Virus record (IMG/VR): IMGVR_UViG_3300022697_000068
Location: 1-43,930 of that record
DNA: 43,930 nt
From: a virus
Taxonomy: Duplodnaviria > Caudoviricetes
Reading direction: 5' to 3' (one strand)
Shown here: positions 36,483-43,930 of the stretch, in pieces
How the letters are laid out: each line of letters begins with the position of its first letter
Numbering within the stretch: the first letter of the stretch is position 1
Notes under the pieces: generated by a model
What the model was told of the DNA's origin: nothing
The model's input: only the letters and a program-made list of their open reading frames with translations
Databases searched by the model: none
Program-made: the position numbers and the translations under genes

Positions 36483-36965
36483 ATGATTTTGATTCATACG
36501 ACAAATAAAAAAGAATTGATTGAGGAAAATTTACCTCATTTTAAAAATGCGATTGTCACAACAGCGCGGGAATATCTCGGGACAAAATGGCAACACCAGG
36601 GGAGGTTAAAGGGAAAGTCGATTGATTGCCTTGGATTACTTGTTTGTATCGCAAGGGAGTTTGGGGCGAAGGTAAAAAAAGACAGAACCGATTATGACAA
36701 TCGAAAAATTGATACCGATGCAATGCGTGAAATTTTACGGTATTATATGAAGGAAATCACATTCAAGGAAGCGGTTTCCGGGGATATAATTCTTTTTAAA
36801 ATGAACGGGTCGCCTCAACATCTTGGATTAAAAACGAATAAGGGAATGATACACGCAAACATGCGGACAAGATTTGTAAGGGAAGATAGTATTGACCCGA
36901 AATTAAGGGCGGACATTGTTTGTTGTTATGATTTTAAACCTTGGGAATGGGTGGGCAAAGAATAA
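36483..36965 (+). CDS. NlpC/P60 tail-associated peptidase (RcGTA g14-like)
   Basis: AREYLGTKWQHQGR..IDCLGL..PQHLG..MIHA. Confidence 0.92.
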   Translation: MILIHTTNKKELIEENLPHFKNAIVTTAREYLGTKWQHQGRLKGKSIDCLGLLVCIAREFGAKVKKDRTDYDNRKIDTDAMREILRYYMKEITFKEAVSGDIILFKMNGSPQHLGLKTNKGMIHANMRTRFVREDSIDPKLRADIVCCYDFKPWEWVGKE

Positions 36966-38633
36966 ATGGCTAACTACGCACTTGGAATAGTCGGGGCGGT
37001 TGTCGGCGCACCATTCGGGTTATCTGCGGTTGGTTTCTCAATCGGGTTTGCATTGGGGAGTGCGCTTGATCCTCAAGAGGGGCCGCATGTATCAGGTCCG
37101 GGGTTGTCTGATTTGAGCGTACAGGGAAGCGCGCAGGGCGGAATGATACCAATCGTTTTTGGTTGCGTTCGGACTGCCGGGAACATCGTCTGGAAAACGG
37201 ATTTAAAAGAAGTTGTGACCACGAAAGAAACGGGCGGGAAGGGCGGACCACCATCGCAGAAGGTGGATGAGAAAGCATATTTTCTTACAATGTTATTAAG
37301 CGTCTGCGAGACACCGGGATACATTGCGAGAATTTGGGCAAATGAGAAAATTATTTATGATGGGAGAAACTCTTTCACGTTAAGCGGAACCCCGACCAAG
37401 GATGAGATTCTAGCGGCGGCGGCGGCTAATAAAACTCAGGCAAATAACACCTCTGAAATTCAATTTTTTACCGGGCTGGAAAGTCAACAGCCTAGTTCGA
37501 TCATAGAACAATTTGAGGGGGTCGGAAATGCTCCAGCTTATAGAGGTCAAGTCACAGTTTTGTTTAATGATTTTCCGCTTTCGGATTTTGGAAATCAGGT
37601 TCCGAATTTTTCTTTTGAGGTTTGCCGTTGCTGTTTTGATAGCGATATCGAAATATTAGGACCGACAAATAATCTAATGATGGTCAATGAGTCGTTTGAA
37701 TTTTCACATACAGGATCAGCACTTTGCCCATCGACATGGAGGGTTATAGGCGGGCCAAATGACGGACTGACACATGAAGGCGACACCTTTATAGTGACTG
37801 CGGCCCCCGACCAAACAGGAACCTGTGATAATAATTTTATAGTCGATTTAAATGACGGATGCGCGGTATTACCAGTGGGAGTGAACGAAGCAAGTTCGCT
37901 TGGAACTCAGGCGGCAGTAAGGTCGCCTCGATGGTTCGACAATGGGACTATTTCAAACTCGAATAATGGTTGTTTTTTTCAGAATACAAAATCACTTCTT
38001 CAATTATGTAATGGAGTCCAAGTTATACAACCTGATCAACAAACAAATAACTCTAATATAGGCTGTGTTAATTCTATTGGAACGCCTTGGCAGAATGGGC
38101 CAAATGGATGCTCTGGGCAATGTGTTCAACCGCCATGTAATATTACGCCACCTCAATGCCTTGGCATCGGAAAGTGGTTCCAGTGCGGGCGATACGGATT
38201 CTACCCTTATTCTGGCGGACACGGAATACAGTTGGGAACGCTTACATCGGCGTCAATTTCAAGGGGATGGTTCCCCGGAGTGTGGACCGATTTAAGGGGG
38301 GGAAGGGATGATTTGCTTCAAGGAAATTGTTGCCCGCCATTCTTGTCAATTATTCATGACGAGGCGATAACTCATGAAGATTTTTCGAGGCGAGGCGATG
38401 AGTTTTGGAATGTGTTGCCAACCGATCCAAGCGGAAAAGAATTAACGCTGATAAAAATAGATAATAAACTCGTTGTGCCCCCCGGTTCAGTGGCGGGGGC
38501 ACAATTGTCGGGGTTGGAGCCGATAACTGTCAGGGATATTTGTTGCGGATCGGGTAATATAGAAATTAATTGCCCGGAGGGGAAAGCGTCTTGCCCTGAA
38601 TGCTTCCCGACAGAAAATTTGCCGAATATTTAA
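36966..38633 (+). CDS. tail tip protein, N-terminal part (g15/central-fibre-like) with Cys-rich C-terminal extension
   Basis: GP.LSDL.VQ..G..IP.VFG..R.AGNIVW..RIWAN..PAYRG..L.DFGN..PNFSFEV, then about 21 Cys in the remaining ~335 aa. Confidence 0.85.
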   Translation: MANYALGIVGAVVGAPFGLSAVGFSIGFALGSALDPQEGPHVSGPGLSDLSVQGSAQGGMIPIVFGCVRTAGNIVWKTDLKEVVTTKETGGKGGPPSQKVDEKAYFLTMLLSVCETPGYIARIWANEKIIYDGRNSFTLSGTPTKDEILAAAAANKTQANNTSEIQFFTGLESQQPSSIIEQFEGVGNAPAYRGQVTVLFNDFPLSDFGNQVPNFSFEVCRCCFDSDIEILGPTNNLMMVNESFEFSHTGSALCPSTWRVIGGPNDGLTHEGDTFIVTAAPDQTGTCDNNFIVDLNDGCAVLPVGVNEASSLGTQAAVRSPRWFDNGTISNSNNGCFFQNTKSLLQLCNGVQVIQPDQQTNNSNIGCVNSIGTPWQNGPNGCSGQCVQPPCNITPPQCLGIGKWFQCGRYGFYPYSGGHGIQLGTLTSASISRGWFPGVWTDLRGGRDDLLQGNCCPPFLSIIHDEAITHEDFSRRGDEFWNVLPTDPSGKELTLIKIDNKLVVPPGSVAGAQLSGLEPITVRDICCGSGNIEINCPEGKASCPECFPTENLPNI

Positions 38634-38645
38634 AAAGGGAATAAA

Positions 38646-39002
38646 ATGAAAGTTGAATTTGATACTTTTGATAAAAGGTCGAAGGCGGCAACCCTGCTTT
38701 ACCCGGACGAAAAAAATATAAATGCGCGTGTAAGAAAATTAGAGGCCGAAAATGGGTTGGAGGCGTTCACGATAAAAGAAATTTTATATCAGAGAAGAAA
38801 TCCAGGGCAGATTTCAAAACCTATAAAGCCTATGGAGAGAAAATGCCCACAATGTGATGGTAGGATGTTTGTTAAGGGCGTCTGCCCAAGTTGTGATGCG
38901 TTTGCCCAAGGGATGCGGACCCATTGGATTTGCTCAGGGTGCAACGCAGAACAATATTCAAAAAAGGACCAAGGGACATGGATGAAGGAATTATCGGGTT
39001 AA
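38646..39002 (+). CDS. triple-CxxC Zn-binding protein
   Basis: CPQC, CPSC, CSGC. Confidence 0.7.
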   Translation: MKVEFDTFDKRSKAATLLYPDEKNINARVRKLEAENGLEAFTIKEILYQRRNPGQISKPIKPMERKCPQCDGRMFVKGVCPSCDAFAQGMRTHWICSGCNAEQYSKKDQGTWMKELSG

Positions 39003-39271
39003 TTTTATTGGGAATAGTAACGGAGAATATCACGCACATTTTCCAGCGTGGTAAAATATTTGAAACCGCAAGAAATTTTTTTGAGTTTCGATTGCCTCAA
39101 GTGCATTGCCTTCTCAATTGCCAGTTGTGCCTTTCCTTTTGGGTGGCGTTTGGGGTTTTCGTGGCATACGGTTTTTTTGCGGCTGTGGTCTTAAATTTCT
39201 ACATAGTTTTGTCGGTGCACGCATTTGCGCGTTATGTGGGCGCAATCCATTTTTGGTTAATGAAAATATAA
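38978..39271 (+). CDS. small membrane protein, DUF1360-like
   Basis: IFETAR..LLNCQLCLSFWVA with three hydrophobic segments; start ATG 38978. Confidence 0.65.
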   Translation: MDEGIIGLILLGIVTENITHIFQRGKIFETARNFFEFRLPQVHCLLNCQLCLSFWVAFGVFVAYGFFAAVVLNFYIVLSVHAFARYVGAIHFWLMKI

Positions 39272-41277
39272 TGCCAGCAGACGGATTAAGATTTATAGTC
39301 AGGTCACTTTTGAAGCGGTCAAATATTTTGACCGATAATGATATTGTGACCAGTGGACTATTGGATCATAAGGTACAGGGTTTTGTAATTAAAAACCAAA
39401 AGTCCATACGCAATGCTATAGGCGAGTTACAGAAATTATTTTTCTTTGATGGGAATGAACAAGATTTTAAATTGCATATTGAGAGTCGGGGGAAGTCGCA
39501 AGAAATTATAGTGCTGGAATCTGAAATGGGGTCCGGCGTTGAAATGCCACAGGAAAATGAATCGGTAGAGATAACCCGTGAAACCGAAATAAGTTTGCCT
39601 CAAGAATTAATTTACGAGGCCATGAATATCGACAACGATTATTGGGGACATATTGAACGGAGCCAGCGTCTTGTTATTGAGCAAAATGATAAAAATTCTG
39701 TAAAACTTTCCATTGTGGTGACGGCGGAGCAGTTAGCAAAGGCCGTACAAATAGGACATTCGACTATCTGGGTTGAGCGTGACAAATGTAAAATGACCGT
39801 CATGCGAAAGTTCACAGATGTAACGGTCGGGACAATTTTAAACTTCGTGAAAAAGGGAGTCAGCCACAGATTCAGAATCAATTCCATTGAGACTGCCATA
39901 TCAGGCTTGCTTGTTTTCGAGGGACACAGGGAAGAGGTCGGGCAATTTGATTCTGTTCAAGCTGGAAGTTTTGCGGGGCGTGGAAACGTGGGTCCGGTTG
40001 CGATTGGGAATACGATTATATTTTATCTTGACGCGCCAATGCTCAGGTCGGCAGATGATGACACGGGATTTTCTGTCACGCTTGCCAGAGAGAGCCGTTT
40101 TGTTTCGTGGAAAGGATCGAATCTTTATATCAGCAAGGATGATGCAATTTTCGGCGTTCTGGATAATTACATCATTGAGACTCCGCACGGCGTTTTAAAA
40201 AATAACATATCGAATTCCAATTTCACAACGTGGACCGGGCAGATAATGAAAATAAGCCTTGCCAATGGAGCGTTGTTTTCCGCATCCAAGCCAGATGTTT
40301 TGGGCGGTTCAAATGCTGGATTTCTTTTGGACCCGAATGGGGACGTTGAATATATACAGTGGACCACGGCGACAGATAACGGGGACGGGACATACGATGT
40401 TACCGGGTTGCTTCGTGGAAGGCGTGGAACGGAATTGCAAATTAATTCTCACACAGTTGACGTTGTTTCCACCGTGGACATCGGATCGGTTCCGGGGGAA
40501 AGTTCTATAACATTTACCAGCACGTTGAATGGAGTACGGGGCGATAAAATCAGAATAGAATTTTTGACCCCGATTGATAATCTTCCGCTCGTGGAGTCCG
40601 GCGTTGATGCGAACGGCATTATTAGATTCGTGGTCACCCCCGACAATCAAAATAAAACGGCTCAGGACGTTATAGACCTAGTAAACAGTGATGCCTTTTT
40701 CGCCTCCGCCTGCATGGCAACGAATACAACTGGAAGTGATGGCACTGGCAACGTGGCGGTGGCGGCGGAAACGGCGTTGACCGGGGGAATTGACGGAACC
40801 AAGTTCGGGGAAATTCAGGACGGGAATACAAAGCATTTCCCAAGGGACGTTGACGAAATAGGGTTACAGAGACATTTCAAGGCCGTTACCATCGGGCAGA
40901 ATATTGACAATATTATAAGCGAACCGTACACGAATATAGGGAAAGTAAAATTCCCTTATGCCCCGTCAAACGTCAAGGGCGCAAGGAATGGGGCCGGGGA
41001 TATTACTATCACATGGCGAAGGCGGACAAGGTTCGGCGGGGCGTGGAAAGATTTGGTTGACGTTCCGTTGAATGAGTCAACGGAATCTTATGAGGTTGAT
41101 ATTATGAATGGGGCGGCGGTTGTCAGGGTCATCACTGGGTTAACCTTGGAGACAACAATTTATCTGGCGACCGATCAAGTTACAGATTTCGGATCAAATC
41201 AAGACCCGTTGACCATAAGAGTTTTTCAAATTTCTGCCATAATAGGCAGAGGATTCAAACGAGAGGAAATAATTTAA
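39271..41277 (+). CDS. tail tip protein, C-terminal part (Phage-tail_3-like)
   Basis: V.GFVI..R.AI..L..FFD..R..E..LP..LLRGRRGTE..I.W.RRTR..VPL.E..E.YEVDI; TAATG coupling at 39271. Confidence 0.85.
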   Translation: MPADGLRFIVRSLLKRSNILTDNDIVTSGLLDHKVQGFVIKNQKSIRNAIGELQKLFFFDGNEQDFKLHIESRGKSQEIIVLESEMGSGVEMPQENESVEITRETEISLPQELIYEAMNIDNDYWGHIERSQRLVIEQNDKNSVKLSIVVTAEQLAKAVQIGHSTIWVERDKCKMTVMRKFTDVTVGTILNFVKKGVSHRFRINSIETAISGLLVFEGHREEVGQFDSVQAGSFAGRGNVGPVAIGNTIIFYLDAPMLRSADDDTGFSVTLARESRFVSWKGSNLYISKDDAIFGVLDNYIIETPHGVLKNNISNSNFTTWTGQIMKISLANGALFSASKPDVLGGSNAGFLLDPNGDVEYIQWTTATDNGDGTYDVTGLLRGRRGTELQINSHTVDVVSTVDIGSVPGESSITFTSTLNGVRGDKIRIEFLTPIDNLPLVESGVDANGIIRFVVTPDNQNKTAQDVIDLVNSDAFFASACMATNTTGSDGTGNVAVAAETALTGGIDGTKFGEIQDGNTKHFPRDVDEIGLQRHFKAVTIGQNIDNIISEPYTNIGKVKFPYAPSNVKGARNGAGDITITWRRRTRFGGAWKDLVDVPLNESTESYEVDIMNGAAVVRVITGLTLETTIYLATDQVTDFGSNQDPLTIRVFQISAIIGRGFKREEII

Positions 41278-43157
41278 TGGCAACCATGACACCGAGATTC
41301 ACGCTTACCGATATTGAAGTAAACCAGAGCCAGAAAGAAGTGACGCACAATGAATCTTTGCAGATCATTGACGGAGTTTTGCATGGTGTTTTTCTTGACC
41401 GTGGGTTATCAGCCCCGCCTGTCCTTATTTCGCCTGGTGATGACGGAAAGACGTATTTAGTTTTGGCAACGGGAACCGGGGCATGGGCGGGGCGGGACGG
41501 GAACATCGCATATTTCCGGTCAAGCGGTTGGACGTTCATAGTGCCTGAAAAGGGCATGAGGTTTTGGATTGAAGATGAGGACATTTTTGTTTTATACAAC
41601 GGGACCGAATGGATACCAGAAGGCCAAACGAATTTAAGCAGGCTGTCGATTGAGAGCCAAGGATTAACTGCACCTCCCGGCGGTGAAACAGATGGACAGG
41701 CATGGATTGTCGACAGTGTCGCAACGGGAGCATGGGCGGGGCAGGAAGATGACATTGCAATTTTCAGGGATACCGCATGGACATTTTTAACGCCAATTGA
41801 AGGCGAAACTTTTTGGATAAAAGATAGAGACATTTTTTCTAAGTGGAGCGGGACAGCGTGGCAGGCTATAAGATCGGACGAGTTATTCAAAAAAGGATTG
41901 ACCAGCAGGACGCTATCAGCCCCGCCAGCCTTAACGTCACCTGGCGATGACGGAAAAACTTATATTGTCGGGCCGACAGCAACCGGCGCATGGACGGGGC
42001 GGGAAGATGATATTGCCGTTTTCAGATTGGATACATGGGAATTTTATACACCGCTGGAGGGATGGACGTTTTTTGCAAATGTAGAGAATAAAAAAATAAT
42101 ATTCGATGGAACCGCGTGGGGATTCCCGCCATATGAAATTCTTTTAAGAGCCGGGTTGATCGACAAGGATATTTCTGCAACTCCTGGTTCGCCAACATTG
42201 GGCGACCTCTATATAGTTGGATCGGCCCCAACCGGGATATGGGCCACACACGCCGATGACATTGCGTATTGGAATGGCGTTATCTGGCAGTTTTTTACGC
42301 CGGTCGAAGGTTGGACATTTTGGCTGAATGATGAGAATAGATTTTATACATTCACCGGGGCGGCTTGGCTCCCAGAGGCAGGGCGGCGAAGTCAGAATAT
42401 TATGTTTAATTTTAACGGCGATCCTTTACCGGCGGGAACGTATTACACCGGGGGTTATTATGATGCTCCGGCGGCAGATGCAAATCTTTCTCAATCTGGG
42501 ACCACTCAGGTCCACGGGACCGCAAATATTTCTTATGCGGCACATGCTTTGCTTGTGGCGGCGGGGGCTGGAACTGCAACTGGCGGGGCGGGAGCCGTCA
42601 CAATTGTAGTCACCGGAACATCTATCGCAGATGAAGGGACAAGGACAGCCACGGATTCGGAAACGATAGTCGCAGATATAACCACGATGGCGACCAATCA
42701 GTATTTTGAAACTGCAAAAAAATGGATAGGGCAAATTACATATACCTTGACCGTAGGCGGAGCGGGCCACACGGCTTACGCGGCTGATTTTAATTTTGGG
42801 TTTGCTAAGTATACAGATTTCAAGAATACCGATTTCACATTGCGGGATTTTGATTTAAACGGTTTCGCAAATGCGGCGGATTCGTCTTTTGAATTGGAAT
42901 TACTTGCACACAATTCAATAGGATGGACATACAGCACCGCGGCGTTTACTCCGGGGAATATTCCGGTCGCAAGTTTGGTAGGGGATCATTCCGCCGAAGA
43001 TGAAATTGGCCTCGATCTGCCGTTCGCATGGAAACGTGATAACCTGACATCAGCCATCGCCGGGTCAGGGGCCGAAGGGGTTTTGTTGCGAGTCGTGACC
43101 AGCGTTGCGGATGCGGTCAACCACATAAACATGAATCTGGGTATAACCACCCCGTAA
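41277..43157 (+). CDS. tail protein with four tandem DUF2793 domains
   Basis: QSQKEVTHNE.L..ID, then four copies of APP..G..Y.V..TGAW.G....IA....W.F..P.EG..W. Confidence 0.88.
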   Translation: MATMTPRFTLTDIEVNQSQKEVTHNESLQIIDGVLHGVFLDRGLSAPPVLISPGDDGKTYLVLATGTGAWAGRDGNIAYFRSSGWTFIVPEKGMRFWIEDEDIFVLYNGTEWIPEGQTNLSRLSIESQGLTAPPGGETDGQAWIVDSVATGAWAGQEDDIAIFRDTAWTFLTPIEGETFWIKDRDIFSKWSGTAWQAIRSDELFKKGLTSRTLSAPPALTSPGDDGKTYIVGPTATGAWTGREDDIAVFRLDTWEFYTPLEGWTFFANVENKKIIFDGTAWGFPPYEILLRAGLIDKDISATPGSPTLGDLYIVGSAPTGIWATHADDIAYWNGVIWQFFTPVEGWTFWLNDENRFYTFTGAAWLPEAGRRSQNIMFNFNGDPLPAGTYYTGGYYDAPAADANLSQSGTTQVHGTANISYAAHALLVAAGAGTATGGAGAVTIVVTGTSIADEGTRTATDSETIVADITTMATNQYFETAKKWIGQITYTLTVGGAGHTAYAADFNFGFAKYTDFKNTDFTLRDFDLNGFANAADSSFELELLAHNSIGWTYSTAAFTPGNIPVASLVGDHSAEDEIGLDLPFAWKRDNLTSAIAGSGAEGVLLRVVTSVADAVNHINMNLGITTP

Positions 43158-43167
43158 TGGGGCAAGG

Positions 43168-43425
43168 ATGAAAGACCTCATGCATGAAAAAATACCGGCA
43201 GTAAAATTAACATGGGATTTGGCGGTCTGGATATTCGGGGGAATTGCCATTGCCTTTGGATGGTTTGTCCGTTGGTATATGATGGACGTGAAAAGCGATA
43301 TACAAGAATTGAAAACCACCATCAAAGAACACGACAAAAAGCACTGCAAGGATTTAAATCACGCCCACGAAAGAATTGACGAAATTTTACATAGTGGCGG
43401 GAAATGCCCCCATTGTGGGAAGTGA
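43168..43425 (+). CDS. holin-like single-TM coiled-coil protein
   Basis: One TM (LAVWIFGGIAIAFGWFV), coiled coil, AHERID motif, terminal CPHC; last gene of the tail operon. Confidence 0.55.
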   Translation: MKDLMHEKIPAVKLTWDLAVWIFGGIAIAFGWFVRWYMMDVKSDIQELKTTIKEHDKKHCKDLNHAHERIDEILHSGGKCPHCGK

Positions 43426-43563
43426 GAAAATCCGGCGGGATTCAGGTGGGGCCATAGACCCGGTACCGGGAAATCCGGGTCGTCAGTATAAGGGGCGGGA
43501 AGGAAACAGCTCAAAACGGCTGTGAGGTGGTAAAAGCGCAGGGGAAAAAGCGACCGATAATAT

Positions 43564-43823
43564 CAAAAATATTTTCAGTCCTACCATGCGGAATATAATC
43601 GGGAATGGCGAAAATCCAACCCAGCAACAAAATCCCAGATAAAAAAGATGCCGCCCGGTCATATGCAAATATTGCCCCGCGGCACTGTCAGCTCGCCCCT
43701 TAACCCTGCCTGGATTACGGGTTCGGCGAAGTTGAAATACGCCATGAGGATTATTCTAATATATTGGAAATAATCTGGCTTTGTCGATCATGCCACCTAT
43801 CTCTCCATAAATCCACCGATTGA
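43564..43823 (+). pseudogene. decayed HNH-type endonuclease
   Basis: YHAEYNREWRK..(frameshift in A-run 43641-43646)..ARSYANI..*PCLDYG..RHEDYSNILEIIWLCRSCHLSLH; TAA at 43701; expected Cys replaced by Phe/Tyr. Confidence 0.75.
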
Positions 43824-43930
43824 AATTGCCAGTTTTACAGAGTTCTCCAAAGAAAATGAACCGTTCTTATTACTTTCTCTTGTGTTCTGAGCTATTTCTG
43901 GTATTCTATATCCATAGTTAACCACAAACA

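Noticed and set aside
30315-41277. Calling the element a canonical RcGTA
   Set aside because: Only the tail tip is g12-g15-like. The head module (DUF4055 portal, MuF, P22-like coat), long tape measure and overall size differ, and such tips are common in ordinary phages.
32713-43157. Diversity-generating retroelement or invertible tail-fibre cassette
   Set aside because: No reverse transcriptase or invertase, and no near-identical repeat pair differing at adenines was seen.
43429-43481. Terminator after the holin-like gene (AATCC/GGATT and GACCCGG/CCGGGTC stems)
   Set aside because: Stems are present but there is no U-tract; insufficient support.
43483-43668. Minus-strand 61-aa hydrophobic ORF
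   Set aside because: Overlaps the + strand HNH pseudogene, which explains the sequence better.

Overview
A tailed-phage (siphovirus-type) gene set lying essentially all on the + strand. From about 6.5 to 43.4 kb there is an uninterrupted morphogenesis region: ParB-like and TAGT/GREB1-like glycosyltransferase genes, terS, terL, portal, MuF, scaffold, P22-like capsid, adaptor, a ~7 kb block of extra structural genes, closure and terminator, tail tube, frameshifting tail chaperones, tape measure, an elaborated RcGTA-like tail tip and a holin candidate. Both flanks are visibly decaying: Lar-like, DUF1643, several Zn-finger and an HNH gene carry in-frame stops or frameshifts, while khpA and an M15 peptidase remain intact. 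Three observations stand out. (1) A 36-nt-period dual-repeat array with 9-nt spacers at 1-290 has TIGR-array architecture. (2) Repeated GU-UGG-AC hairpins, with an alternative RBS-sequestering fold, sit upstream of both the major capsid and major tail genes. (3) The contrast between intact core and decayed flanks suggests a domesticated prophage or GTA-like element. All family assignments come from motif recognition by eye, not database searches.
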